Source: Patescibacteria group bacterium (GTDB taxonomy: Bacteria > Patescibacteriota > Minisyncoccia > Phycocordibacterales > UBA918). From it: 64,000 nt of DNA. The stretch lies in NCBI GenBank assembly GCA_040386275.1, contig JAZKFU010000011.1, positions 1,383 through 65,382 on the forward strand, read 5' to 3'. The position numbers and the translations under genes were made by a program. Positions 1 through 9,875 of the stretch are shown in pieces; the first letter of the stretch is position 1, and the number at the start of each line of letters is the position of its first letter. The notes under the pieces were generated by a model that worked only from the letters and a program-made list of their open reading frames with translations, did not search any database and had not been told where the DNA came from.

Positions 1-117
1 TTGGAGGAAACCCTCGGGATTGAGCATGCTTCTCGCCCCCAAGAAGAACCACAAGGGTAAAAACATCAGTCCTAGCACAATAAGTGAGAAGACTGTCTTT
101 ACTACGACGATGTTCAT
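1..117 (-). CDS. Partial hypothetical membrane/exported protein (5' end only; runs off the window)
   Basis: ATG at 117 preceded by AAGGA; reads MNIVVVKTVFSLIVLGLMFLPLWFFLGARSMLNPEGFLQ (hydrophobic N-terminus) with no stop before position 1. Confidence 0.55.
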   Translation of the reverse strand, partial: MNIVVVKTVFSLIVLGLMFLPLWFFLGARSMLNPEGFLQ

Positions 118-182
118 TGTTGGTTTCCTTCACTCAACGTAACCTTAGAAATAGTACACCAGATACATTCGCTGTATAGATA

Positions 183-211
183 TTGACCAAATAGTTCATC
201 CGTGTTATTCT
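183..211 (+). promoter_or_regulatory. Sigma70-type promoter for the DEAD-box helicase
   Basis: TTGACC-17 nt-TATTCT. Confidence 0.6.
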
Positions 212-316
212 CTTATCACCTTAAGATTCTCGTGTAGGGCATCTTTAGTGGCAGTAGAAGAATTTTGTGGCTACTTGCCACCCTACCCCTTCGATTGGTT
301 TATAACCTGCACATTC

Positions 317-434
317 GACCTCTGTAAACGACACATTTCGTCGTTACGCTGCTCAAAATAATACTCACCGTACAAGAAGTACGGCTCGCATTATTTTGTT
401 TGCGTGCCTAGAACTGTATTCGTTTACAGAGGTC
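317..434 (-). repeat. Family A structured repeat, copy A1
   Basis: 15-bp terminal inverted repeat GACCTCTGTAAACGA/TCGTTTACAGAGGTC; minus-strand core TTCTAGGC...GAG-CCGTAC-TTCTT-GTACGG-TGA...AACGACGAAATG. Confidence 0.85.
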
Positions 435-453
435 TCTAAAGACATTTACAAAT

Positions 454-1860
454 ATGGATTCATCAACAAGCCGACCTGGTCGGAAACCAGCTTTTTCTAG
501 TCGTCCCCGCTCTGGCGGAGCGTCAACTGGAGGAGCGCGACGATTTAGTAGTTCTGGAAGTCGCGGTGAAAGCGCCTCAGGCGGGCGTTCAAATGAACGT
601 CGTTCATACTCCGCTCCTTCTGCTGACCGCTCAGGTGGTGGACGTAGTTTTTCTAGTCCAGCACAACGTTCTGGCCGACGTCCTTTCTCAAGTGGCAGTG
701 GTCGTGGATCTTCTGCTCGCTCAGGCGGCGGACGAGGCGGACGCAAAATGCAGACGTTTGACGTTTCAAAATACATCAACCTTAACCCGGTAGACACCAG
801 TGCTACGGAAGAAGTGTATAAAGCGACTCACACATTCAAGACATTTGGTCTCGAACAACCACTCGTTACAACAATTACTAACATGGGACTTACTATCCCT
901 TCACCAATTCAAGATCAAATCATCCCGCACATTATGGATGGTCGTGATGTTGTTGGGTTGGCACAAACAGGTACTGGTAAAACAGCTGCGTTTCTTATTC
1001 CCACCATTAACAAAACCCTCAAGCAATATAGTCGACAAACATTGATTCTGGCTCCAACTCGCGAACTCGCGATTCAAGTTGAACAAGAACTCAAGCGTCT
1101 GACTGAAAAAATGAAAATCTTTTCTACTGTCTGTGTAGGAGGAATGAACATCCGTCCACAAATTATGGGCCTTAAGCGTCAAAACCATTTTATTATTGGT
1201 ACTCCAGGACGAGTACAGGATTTAATTGACCGTGGTCACATCAAGCCAGCTGGATTCTCAACTATCATCTTAGATGAAGCTGACCGAATGCTCGACATGG
1301 GATTCATACACGACATGCGCGCTATTCTTAAAGACGTACCGGACCCACACGAAACATTATTCTTCTCTGCGACTATGTCTGACACAGTGAAGGGATTGAT
1401 TCATGAATTCATGAATGACCCAATCACTATTTCAGTACGCAAAAAAGATATTACCGGCAGTATCACCCAAGACGTTGTGTACTACGAACCACACACAAAG
1501 TTTGATACACTCACTGCCCTCCTTAAAAAAGCTGATTTCACTCGTGTCATTATCTTTGGAGCAATGAAGCACAGTGTAGAAAAGTTATCTCAAGAACTTT
1601 CACGCGCTGGTATCAAATCAGACGCCATTCACGGAAACAAGAGTCACCCACAACGACAACGTGCTCTCCAGAACTTCAAGACAGGTCGCGTGCAAGTATT
1701 GGTAGCAACCGACGTAGCCGCCCGTGGTATTCACGTTGACGACGTCTCACACGTCATTAACTACGACCTACCAAATGCCTACGAAGATTATGTTCACCGG
1801 ATTGGGCGGACTGGACGGGCAGATAAGAAAGGGATGGCTTTGACGTTTGTGACCAAGTAG
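454..1860 (+). CDS. DEAD-box RNA helicase (RhlE/CshA-like) with an R/G/S-rich disordered N-terminus
   Basis: Motifs AQTGTGKT, PTRELA, TPGR, DEAD, SAT, ARGIH, YVHRIGRTGR. Confidence 0.95.
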   Translation: MDSSTSRPGRKPAFSSRPRSGGASTGGARRFSSSGSRGESASGGRSNERRSYSAPSADRSGGGRSFSSPAQRSGRRPFSSGSGRGSSARSGGGRGGRKMQTFDVSKYINLNPVDTSATEEVYKATHTFKTFGLEQPLVTTITNMGLTIPSPIQDQIIPHIMDGRDVVGLAQTGTGKTAAFLIPTINKTLKQYSRQTLILAPTRELAIQVEQELKRLTEKMKIFSTVCVGGMNIRPQIMGLKRQNHFIIGTPGRVQDLIDRGHIKPAGFSTIILDEADRMLDMGFIHDMRAILKDVPDPHETLFFSATMSDTVKGLIHEFMNDPITISVRKKDITGSITQDVVYYEPHTKFDTLTALLKKADFTRVIIFGAMKHSVEKLSQELSRAGIKSDAIHGNKSHPQRQRALQNFKTGRVQVLVATDVAARGIHVDDVSHVINYDLPNAYEDYVHRIGRTGRADKKGMALTFVTK

Positions 1861-1862
1861 AG

Positions 1863-1983
1863 ACAACTCCCAGAACTGGCGCATTCCGTTGTTGTGCGGC
1901 GCAAAATTATTCTCACCGTACAAAAGTACGACTCGAACAATTTTCCTTGCACGCCTAGGACTGCATCCAGTTCTGAAAGTTGT
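1863..1983 (-). repeat. Family A structured repeat, copy A2
   Basis: Terminal stem ACAACTTTCAGAACTGG/CCAGTTCTGGGAGTTGT (G-U pairs only on the minus strand); core TCCTAGGC...GAG-TCGTAC-TTTT-GTACGG-TGA...AACAACGGAATG. Confidence 0.85.
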
Positions 1984-2040
1984 TCGATGTTTGGCAATTC
2001 AAAAACTACCCAACCTTTAAGTAACTTAGAATGAAAACTA

Positions 2041-2073
2041 AAAAACACCTCCCGCACAGCGGGAGGTGTTTTT
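2041..2073 (+). terminator. Intrinsic terminator (probably bidirectional)
   Basis: AAAAACACCTCCCGC-ACA-GCGGGAGGTGTTTTT. Confidence 0.8.
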
Positions 2074-2111
2074 ATGTACAAATGGAAAAAATATGGTACT
2101 CTTTTGGGAAT

Positions 2112-2192
2112 ATGAAATTTCTAATTTTAGCGCTCGCTGGCTTTGTACTCTTGATGATTGTTAATTCATTTTTAGTTGGAACTCCAGTCTAA
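2112..2192 (+). CDS. 26-aa hydrophobic small protein
   Basis: MKFLILALAGFVLLMIVNSFLVGTPV*; follows a TGnTACTCT extended -10 and ends 9 nt before the CNNM gene. Confidence 0.5.
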   Translation: MKFLILALAGFVLLMIVNSFLVGTPV

Positions 2193-2201
2193 TTTCTTTT
2201 T

Positions 2202-3164
2202 GTGATTTATCTTATTTCGCTGTTTCTTATTCTGTGCTCGGCCACGTTCTCGGGTTTGACGTTGGCGTATTTTTCGCTTGATATTGCCTCACTACGAAGA
2301 CGAGCAAACGCCGGTGACCCGCAAGCATTGGCTATCTACCCTCTGCGTGCGAGGGGTAATCTTTTACTCACTACCCTTTTGCTCGGTAATGTGACAGTAA
2401 ATACAATTTTGTCAGTCTTTCTGGGCTCACTGGTAAGTGGCGTATTCGCTAGTTTCCTTGCTACTGCGCTCATTTTCCTTTTTGGAGAAATCGGTCCTCA
2501 AGCTTTGTTTTCACGACATGCCTTAGCCTTTGGTAGCAAGCTAGCTCCTCTCACCCGCTTTTTACTTTTTATAGCATATCCAATCGCCTTTCCCGTAGCC
2601 TATTCTCTTGATCGTCTCTTGGGACATGCAACGCCTTCAATGTACTCCAAGCATGAAATCATGCAGATTATTTCTGAACACGAAGAATCAGAACATAGCC
2701 CCATTGATGCTGATGAGGAACGTATCGTGCATGGCGCCTTACAGTTTTCCCACCTCCAGGTACGCGAGGTTATGACACCAATTGAAAAGGTGGCGATGTT
2801 TGATGAGAATCAAAAATTAACCAATACTTTTTTTGAAGAAGTTTCTGAATTAGGGTACTCCCGCTTCCCCGTTTACAGCGGTAACAATAAAAATATTGTT
2901 GGTGTGTTATTCACAAAAGACCTCTTAACTGAAGACGAGGATATTTCAATCAAACAAACAGAAGATGCCTTTGAGTCAGATATCATGCGTATCCGCCCGA
3001 GCGCATACCTCGATACGGTACTTGCCCGGATGCTCAAGAAAAAACAACATCTCGCCATTGTTGAAAAAAATTCTGGCGAAGCCATTGGTGTAATTTCGCT
3101 TGAGGACATTATTGAAGAGATAATTCAAAGTGAAATTGAAGACGAGGAAGACGCCGAAAACTGA
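2202..3164 (+). CDS. CNNM/CorB-type (DUF21 + CBS pair) Mg2+/Co2+ transport-related membrane protein
   Basis: SATFSGLTLAYFSL, LLTTLLLGN, FGEIGPQA, VREVMTP, YSRFPVY, GVISLEDIIEEI motifs. Confidence 0.9.
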   Translation: MIYLISLFLILCSATFSGLTLAYFSLDIASLRRRANAGDPQALAIYPLRARGNLLLTTLLLGNVTVNTILSVFLGSLVSGVFASFLATALIFLFGEIGPQALFSRHALAFGSKLAPLTRFLLFIAYPIAFPVAYSLDRLLGHATPSMYSKHEIMQIISEHEESEHSPIDADEERIVHGALQFSHLQVREVMTPIEKVAMFDENQKLTNTFFEEVSELGYSRFPVYSGNNKNIVGVLFTKDLLTEDEDISIKQTEDAFESDIMRIRPSAYLDTVLARMLKKKQHLAIVEKNSGEAIGVISLEDIIEEIIQSEIEDEEDAEN

Positions 3165-3186
3165 GCCAACAAACGAAGAGCCTATG

Positions 3187-3237
3187 GCGAAATTTGTTCC
3201 CAATTTACCCCTTATTCCTAGGGTAAATTGCTGGGAC
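3187..3237 (-). repeat. Family B hairpin repeat, copy B0
   Basis: Minus strand GTCCC-AG-CAATTTACCC-TAGGAATAAG-GGGTAAATTG-GGAAC-AAATTTCGC, matching the copy at 44350. Confidence 0.75.
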
Positions 3238-3352
3238 TGGATATCTATTCAATATTCATCAACCTGCAATACTTGATTTTTTCCATAATCTATGGTATTA
3301 TACTGCTCGGTAAGTGCGGCACTAATGCTCGCACGCCAGATTGAGGGATCAA

Positions 3353-3670
3353 ATGAAACTTATCGCAGCAGCAGTTCTTTCACTTTTCGTCGGCAGCCAA
3401 GGCATCGCTCAAGAGCTTTGCACGTGCACCGACCAGGACTTTACCTTCACCACTGAAAACCCCGACCATGAAATATACATGGAGGAGTATCTTTGGGAAG
3501 TAAAATCATGTTCAGGGTCAAAGGTGATCGTGAACCTGATCGGCGAAGACAGCCCTATCCTCGATTCGTATTCTCTGGACGAGGACGGCAACCAAAAATT
3601 GTACTATGAAGGACGTTGGATTCGTTACGACGAGTTCAATCCCATCTGTCAGGATATTCCAACATCCTGA
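3353..3670 (+). CDS. Small secreted Cys-containing hypothetical protein
   Basis: Signal peptide MKLIAAAVLSLFVGSQGIA, GAGG SD, 4 Cys, downstream terminator-like hairpin. Confidence 0.7.
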   Translation: MKLIAAAVLSLFVGSQGIAQELCTCTDQDFTFTTENPDHEIYMEEYLWEVKSCSGSKVIVNLIGEDSPILDSYSLDEDGNQKLYYEGRWIRYDEFNPICQDIPTS

Positions 3671-3741
3671 ACTTGGATTCTAACGCAAAGGAGCTGGCAT
3701 TCATTTGTCCGGCTCTTTCTTTTTTATGCTAGAGTACCAAT

Positions 3742-4560
3742 ATGCAAAAGTATGTCGTGTTAGAAAAAGGCGTGGGACAAACACCGCTTGAATGTGCTGA
3801 GTTATGGCGGGCGGCTCATCCTGAATTTACTGGTGTCCCCCTAGCGTACGCTGGACGACTTGATCCAATGGCCTCGGGGAAACTTCTCGTACTCATTGGA
3901 GATGAGTGTAAAGTTCAAGAGCAGTACCACCACCTCGACAAAGAATATGAATTCTCTGTTTTATTTGGCGTATCGTCTGATACCGCCGATGTATTAGGTA
4001 GACTCACCATAGCCCTCAAAGTGCCGTCTGTTTTGAAGTCTAAACTGTCACTCATCGTTAAAAAACTAATCGGTTCAGTCACTCTCCCCTATCCTCACTT
4101 TTCATCTAAAACCGTACACGGCAAACCACTGCATGTCTGGACACTTGAAGGCCGACTGAATGAAATCACCATCCCAACCAAACAATCAACCATCTACTCT
4201 CTCAAGGTCGTAAAGATTGAATCAAAAAACCGAGCAGAAATTTATGATGAAGTGAGCACTAGAATTGAATCTATTGCTCCCGTTACCGACCCCAGTAAAG
4301 CCCTCGGAAATGATTTTAGACGTGTGGACGTTCGCAAAGATTGGAAGCTTTTTATAGAAACCGGCACACCAACTGACCAATTCACAATAGTTACTTTCAT
4401 TTGCACAGCCAGCTCCGGCACCTACATGCGTACACTGAGTGAAGTAATCGCCAAAGAAGCCGGCACCACCGGCCTCGCCTATCATATCCACCGCACCAAA
4501 ATCGGCCAATACCAAAAAATCCCCCTCAACCAAGGCTTCTGGAAAAAAATATACAAATAA
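3742..4560 (+). CDS. truB: tRNA pseudouridine synthase TruB-like
   Basis: YAGRLDPMASG catalytic motif, KEYEF, SSGTYMRTL. Confidence 0.85.
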   Translation: MQKYVVLEKGVGQTPLECAELWRAAHPEFTGVPLAYAGRLDPMASGKLLVLIGDECKVQEQYHHLDKEYEFSVLFGVSSDTADVLGRLTIALKVPSVLKSKLSLIVKKLIGSVTLPYPHFSSKTVHGKPLHVWTLEGRLNEITIPTKQSTIYSLKVVKIESKNRAEIYDEVSTRIESIAPVTDPSKALGNDFRRVDVRKDWKLFIETGTPTDQFTIVTFICTASSGTYMRTLSEVIAKEAGTTGLAYHIHRTKIGQYQKIPLNQGFWKKIYK

Positions 4561-4594
4561 TTTCCCTTCCGTTCGTCCGTTTAAGTAATCAATT

Positions 4595-4715
4595 ATTGTT
4601 TCAAAAGTGCTTTAGATACAAGGCGCATGAGTTAAATAAGCTGAGCCGTACTTTTTGTACGGTGAAGAATATTTAGCGAAATGCAACGCCGTAGATGAAG
4701 TGCTTTTGAAACAAT
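4595..4715 (+). repeat. Family A structured repeat, copy A3
   Basis: Terminal stem ATTGTTTCAAAAGTGCTTTA/TGAAGTGCTTTTGAAACAAT with G-U pairs; core TACAAGGC...GAG-CCGTAC-TTTTT-GTACGG-TGA...AACGCCGTAGATG. Confidence 0.88.
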
Positions 4716-6682
4716 TACCGCAGGCTCGATAATTTCTTCAAGTAGGAATCTACTGTCAAAACATACTCGGCATGACTCCAAATTAGTGGCGACGTCGAAA
4801 GATGCTCTCTCGTATGCGGATGCATCTGCTCTGAAAGAGTCCCGGTTGATGACGCGTGTGAGGCGGTCCATTCTAACAACTCGAGCGCTGGTTTTAAATC
4901 AGCTGCTTTTTTAGCGTTAACTATATAGTACTGAGCAATCCACAACGTACAAATCACCCACGGATTGGGACTTCCGGCTTCTTGCATCGTGTAGTAGCGA
5001 TCATGCTGGTATCGGACAAAGCCTTTGCTACTACCTTCAACTTGTAATACCTTTTCAATCGTTTTAAGCGACGTTTTGACAAGAGCATCATCTGATTCGA
5101 GAACTCCAAAAAATACTACCCCGTGGAAACTACTGGCATCAATGGTGCGATCAAACACCAATTCCCCATCCTCAGTGTGCGTAACATGCTTCACAAACAT
5201 TTTGATATCAGGATCATACAACACACCCACAATCGCTTTTTGCATACGTTCCGCTACGGCCAAACAGGTTCGAGCGTCATTTTCCTTTCCAAGTAAACTT
5301 GCAAACCGAACAGCGGCCATCAGTCCGCCATAGACCGATGAAGCAGTGTAGGTTGAGGTACCATACTTTTCTTCCCATAAATCAAAAGATGCGGATGGTA
5401 AGCCCGTTAAAGGCTCGATGTAGTCACACAGGAACTTGGCCGCCGGCTCAATAAAAGAATTGTAATGTGCTTCAATAAATTCTAAATTTTTGGTGAGCTC
5501 ATAGTGCCGCCACAACATAAATAACACACTGGCCGTTTCATCTTCTTGAATTGGTAGGAAAGCTTTTCCATGTTGGAGCCACGGGTGCCAGGAACTACCC
5601 AAACTACCATCGGTTAAATACTTATGCATCAAATACCCAGCGGGTTCTTGGCACCGTGCCATAAAGGCAAAGAAACGTTCCGCCACTTCACTGTATCCAA
5701 CAGCATCAAGGGCGTGCGCTACCAGGGCGCCATCACGTGGCCAGACGTAACTATAAGTGTCGCGGCCATGGTGCAACATGTCGGTATCTGAGCTCGCAAT
5801 AATTCCTCCGCGGTTGTCAGTATGAACCCGGATAATTGCCAAAGACCGTCGGTAGAGGGTTTGCAAATCTTGCCCGAGCATTGAAATATCCCGTCCATTT
5901 TTATTAAGCCAGGCTTTCCAGTAGGCGTCCGTTGCTTGCCTGAGTCTATCAGGGGTTTCCTCAATCACCATCGCATCGAGCGTATGTACAGCCGGAATAG
6001 AACGACCACACGCGATCCAGTAAGAAATATCGGCGCTCGCACCTGCTTCCAGCTGACACGTAAACCCAAGTACTGAATCGACTGATCCGTGTTCAATTGG
6101 GTTTCGCTCCAAGACACCATCATGGGCGTCATGCCACGCACCGTCACGCCCCTCGATACCAAACAACCCAATGGTGTAATCTGTAAATTGTTTGCCGTTA
6201 TGGGTGGCGTTTATTAAAAAAGTATCTTCACCTTTGTAGTGAATAATTGCTCCCACCCGTGGATCGTAAAAAGCAGTGTCGCCACGTCTAGATTCATCTA
6301 TCCGAAATTGCTGGGCGAGATATAATTTGATTTCTTGCGCTTCATTCGACGTGTTCGTCACGGTAAACTGACGAATAAATACATCGTGTTCATTATGGAC
6401 GGCGTCACGACTCGACAGAGTTACACCTAAACCTTCATGAACAGCGGTAAAATTACCCAAGACACTATCCCCGACTGCTCCAATAGTAATGTCCCACGCA
6501 GGGTCATCAAGCCAGGAAATTACTCCCTCTACATACACACCAATACGGTGCACAAAAATACCACTCGCTCCACTGACGTGATTAGTTTGCCCAACGTACG
6601 GCCAATACAAATCACGTACTTGCCCGCGGTAGTCCATACCGACCAGCATGTTTCCGTTCCCTAGAGTAAGTGCGCGCGCCAT
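4715..6682 (-). CDS. Glycoside hydrolase family 15 (glucoamylase/glucodextranase-like)
   Basis: YSYVWPRDG, QEDETA, DLWEE, LSEQ and PLIWSHAEY motifs; start chosen at MARALTLGNG. Confidence 0.9.
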   Translation of the reverse strand: MARALTLGNGNMLVGMDYRGQVRDLYWPYVGQTNHVSGASGIFVHRIGVYVEGVISWLDDPAWDITIGAVGDSVLGNFTAVHEGLGVTLSSRDAVHNEHDVFIRQFTVTNTSNEAQEIKLYLAQQFRIDESRRGDTAFYDPRVGAIIHYKGEDTFLINATHNGKQFTDYTIGLFGIEGRDGAWHDAHDGVLERNPIEHGSVDSVLGFTCQLEAGASADISYWIACGRSIPAVHTLDAMVIEETPDRLRQATDAYWKAWLNKNGRDISMLGQDLQTLYRRSLAIIRVHTDNRGGIIASSDTDMLHHGRDTYSYVWPRDGALVAHALDAVGYSEVAERFFAFMARCQEPAGYLMHKYLTDGSLGSSWHPWLQHGKAFLPIQEDETASVLFMLWRHYELTKNLEFIEAHYNSFIEPAAKFLCDYIEPLTGLPSASFDLWEEKYGTSTYTASSVYGGLMAAVRFASLLGKENDARTCLAVAERMQKAIVGVLYDPDIKMFVKHVTHTEDGELVFDRTIDASSFHGVVFFGVLESDDALVKTSLKTIEKVLQVEGSSKGFVRYQHDRYYTMQEAGSPNPWVICTLWIAQYYIVNAKKAADLKPALELLEWTASHASSTGTLSEQMHPHTREHLSTSPLIWSHAEYVLTVDSYLKKLSSLR

Positions 6683-6684
6683 AG

Positions 6685-7113
6685 TTAGTAGGAGTACTTC
6701 TTGAGGTGTTTCACCACTACCGCTTGCGCTGTTTTGGCAGTTTTGCACGTCCGTAAATCTACCGCACAGTCAATATCACCCAACACATCATCCACCCAAT
6801 TAGCAAAATCGTGTCGTCCGTTATTAGTGTGGTATTTATACACAGCTGCATCCATTCCCCGCAAGGCTCCTGCTAAAGCCACCAGTGTATTTAAAATCTG
6901 TCCATCGTTCATCCAAAAAGAATTGTGACTGGAGGCCACGACGAGCGTTTTGAGAGCGGGGGCTGTACTGGTTTTTTTGGCTACCGTTTTAGGAGCAGCT
7001 AGTTTTTTTACCGCCGGCTTTACTGGTTTTGTTATCACTTTTTTAGCAACCGCTTTTTTTGGAGTAGCTTTGGCCACTTTTTTTGCTGCTACTTTTTTTG
7101 TTGTTGTTTTCAT
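6685..7113 (-). CDS. Small protein with a Lys/Ala-rich (histone H1-like) N-terminus and a DUF5752-like C-terminal domain
   Basis: KKVAAKK repeats followed by F..DG..L.TL..L...L..MD..VYKYH.N..RHDFANWV.DVLGD. Confidence 0.7.
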   Translation of the reverse strand: MKTTTKKVAAKKVAKATPKKAVAKKVITKPVKPAVKKLAAPKTVAKKTSTAPALKTLVVASSHNSFWMNDGQILNTLVALAGALRGMDAAVYKYHTNNGRHDFANWVDDVLGDIDCAVDLRTCKTAKTAQAVVVKHLKKYSY

Positions 7114-7126
7114 ATTAAAGAACTAA

Positions 7127-8530
7127 TTATTTACGATGGAACATTGACCAGATCTTCCCTCCTATAACCGACCGTCGCAACCATGATTCCAATCTCATCT
7201 TTAGGGTCAACTGTACGGTGACTAACTCAATTGGTGGCGTCGGTTTGTGATTGACCGTCAATATCGTTTGCGCCACCTCCTCTTTTACTTTTATTTTTTT
7301 GGCTTGCTCGACTTTTTTAGCCCGAACTTTTGCGACTCTCGCTGCTACTCTTAATTGTAAATCAGAAAGCGCATTCATAAAGGCGATATACGCGTCATAT
7401 GGGGATTGGTACGGACTGAAGTACGCGTGCACATCGCCGTCGTTTGACCATTTGGTACACATGTAATAAAAGTGGTCAGAGGTTTGGAGCTTCCGCCAAA
7501 TTTCAGTCAGTTCCTTATCATTAATTTCCATGATGTCAGCTTCAAGCGCATAAATTTTTCCAAGCGCGTCACGCTGAATATCATTCCCCGTCCAGGCAGT
7601 GAGATCGCGATCAGTATCAGCCCAGGTCAACACATCAGGTACATCATACTCACCCGTTGATGAATAACTTTGAATTGTTTCCGTAGGAGTTTTAAAACTA
7701 GTATCAGGGTGTTTGAGAATATTCGCTGGTAACGCGCGCAAAAAATTAAAAATACCAGTATCTTCCCATTGGTGTTCACCAAAGGTTTCGTAGTCCATAA
7801 AAAGATTGACGGTCTCGCCATTCCCATGGTGTGCATGGACCCAGTCAGCAAACGTCTCGGCTTGGAGGGGAAAACTTTCCCATGCCTGGTTACCAAATCG
7901 AAAGGCTACGTCATCCGAAAGCTTATAGTTTTTAAGCAGTACCTTAATTTTGTCACAGCCTTTTGGTGAATACACGTAATTTGGACTTCGCCATCCGAGA
8001 TACTTGTCCCAACCTTCAGCCATGATGCCTAGGTAGCCATTGTCTTCACACCATTTTGCCAAGTCATTACGATACGACAATTCAGTATTTCGAAATACGC
8101 GGGGCGTGACGCCAAATAATGATTTGATACGCTTTTTGTGCTTGTCTACCTGACGCTCAAATTCTGGCACCGAGTAAAAGAACGCCAGCGAGTGGTGGTA
8201 GGTGTCAGCCAAAATCTCTACCCGCCCGGTAGCGACTAGTTCTTGAAACGATTCTAATACGTCAGGCACATACGCTTCGAATTGATCAAGAGCGGTCCCC
8301 GAGAACGACAGGGCAAATCGAAATTCTGGATGTGTATCAAGCAGTTCTTTTAAGATTTTATTAGTGGGACGATATGATTTATTCGCAACCTTATCAATAA
8401 TGCGACGATTGTTTAAATCAGTTTCACTATTGTCATTAAAATACTCAGTGTCGTTTCCAATATCAAAAACACGATACTGCTTAACGCGGTATGGTTGATG
8501 CACGTGAAAGTAAGGACAAACAGATAACAT
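7127..8530 (-). CDS. Glycoside hydrolase family 57 (alpha-amylase-like)
   Basis: HVHQP, FRNTEL, FMDYETFGEHQW, LQTSDHFYYM motifs. Confidence 0.92.
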   Translation of the reverse strand: MLSVCPYFHVHQPYRVKQYRVFDIGNDTEYFNDNSETDLNNRRIIDKVANKSYRPTNKILKELLDTHPEFRFALSFSGTALDQFEAYVPDVLESFQELVATGRVEILADTYHHSLAFFYSVPEFERQVDKHKKRIKSLFGVTPRVFRNTELSYRNDLAKWCEDNGYLGIMAEGWDKYLGWRSPNYVYSPKGCDKIKVLLKNYKLSDDVAFRFGNQAWESFPLQAETFADWVHAHHGNGETVNLFMDYETFGEHQWEDTGIFNFLRALPANILKHPDTSFKTPTETIQSYSSTGEYDVPDVLTWADTDRDLTAWTGNDIQRDALGKIYALEADIMEINDKELTEIWRKLQTSDHFYYMCTKWSNDGDVHAYFSPYQSPYDAYIAFMNALSDLQLRVAARVAKVRAKKVEQAKKIKVKEEVAQTILTVNHKPTPPIELVTVQLTLKMRLESWLRRSVIGGKIWSMFHRK

Positions 8531-8532
8531 AA

Positions 8533-9756
8533 CTAGGCAGAAATATACGACACAAGATTTTTATAGAGGGTCACTACTTTTTTGGCTGCTTCGCGCCAGG
8601 ACAAACGATTAATTTCAACACGACCTTCTTTAGTTAATTGGGCTCGCAATACATCATACCGCATCGCTGCCAAAATGTGATTAGCCATTCCATCCACATC
8701 CCAAAAATCAACTTTAAGCACATGCGTTAATACTTCTGCTACTCCCGACTGTTTTGAAATGAGTGACGGCGTACCGTGTTGCATCGCTTCCAGTGGCACC
8801 AAGCCAAATGGTTCTGACACTGACGGCATTACCACCAAATCTGCCGATTGATACATCCGGTCTCGTTCATCCTCCCAGAGCGCTCCGGCAAAAATGACAT
8901 GACCAGATAACCCTGACTCGCCAACCTGTCTGATGATTTGGTTTTGCATGTCACCCCAGCCAGAAATCACAAACACCACATTCGGATCAACATCAACCAC
9001 ACGTCTCGCGGCCCGTACGAAATAGTCGACGCCTTTTTGAATGGTAATCCGTCCATGGTACAAAACAATTTTTTTACCTTGAGCTTTAAGTTCGCGTAGC
9101 GTGGGTTCATGTACCGGTGGCACAAACGTATCACACCCATTATGGACGACCGTAACTTTATTAGGTTCAATACGATGCTTTTCAATAATGATGCGTCGCG
9201 TAAATTCACTCACTGCTACAACAGAATCAGCGGCGTTAAACGCATCTTGTTCAATCCGGAAAATTTCTGGGTCAACGTTATTACTGGCCGCTTGATCAAA
9301 TGACGTAGCGTGCACGTGCAATATCAGCGGCTTGCCACTGACTTTTTTTGCTGCCACTCCGGCGAGATACGAACTCCAGTCGTGCGCATGAATAATATCA
9401 AACTGATGCGTGCGCGCGATATGCGCCGCTTGCAACGCAAAGAGATGCACCTCATCAATCATTGACCGGGTAGCGAATCGTGGGGTTCCGTCAGTGTGAT
9501 AACCAATAATACTGGTCACCTGGCTTTGACCGCTATGGTACGGAGCAATTGCCGACTGCACCTCAATCACCGTTGTCATTCGCTCGGCACCCGCAAACAC
9601 AAATTTGGGAGTGCCGATTGTCTCTTGTTTCTTAGGCAATACAAAGATAACTTCTATTCCTTCATGAAATAGTTCCCGGGTTAATCCATGGCAAGCTACG
9701 CCAAGACCACCGTTTCGTGACGGTGGGAAATCCCAGCCAAAAGTGAGTACTTTCAT
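8533..9756 (-). CDS. GT4 family glycosyltransferase (glycogen synthase-like)
   Basis: GWDFPP..GGLG, HAHDW, GRIT.QKG, PSVSEPFGLVPLEAM. Confidence 0.9.
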   Translation of the reverse strand: MKVLTFGWDFPPSRNGGLGVACHGLTRELFHEGIEVIFVLPKKQETIGTPKFVFAGAERMTTVIEVQSAIAPYHSGQSQVTSIIGYHTDGTPRFATRSMIDEVHLFALQAAHIARTHQFDIIHAHDWSSYLAGVAAKKVSGKPLILHVHATSFDQAASNNVDPEIFRIEQDAFNAADSVVAVSEFTRRIIIEKHRIEPNKVTVVHNGCDTFVPPVHEPTLRELKAQGKKIVLYHGRITIQKGVDYFVRAARRVVDVDPNVVFVISGWGDMQNQIIRQVGESGLSGHVIFAGALWEDERDRMYQSADLVVMPSVSEPFGLVPLEAMQHGTPSLISKQSGVAEVLTHVLKVDFWDVDGMANHILAAMRYDVLRAQLTKEGRVEINRLSWREAAKKVVTLYKNLVSYISA

Positions 9757-9875
9757 GGCAAAAAGTCGGCAAACATTGAGTTTATTTGCTTACCAAGCCA
9801 TCATAACACGGTACTTTTTAGCGCCTGGTTTTTCGAACCTAATAGCTGTGTATAGTCTTACTTTTACACATATTA

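Noticed and set aside
408-797. 129-aa ORF antisense to the helicase N-terminus, and the many other short overlapping ORFs in the track
   Set aside because: They overlap well-supported genes on the other strand or frame and lack motifs or start signals.
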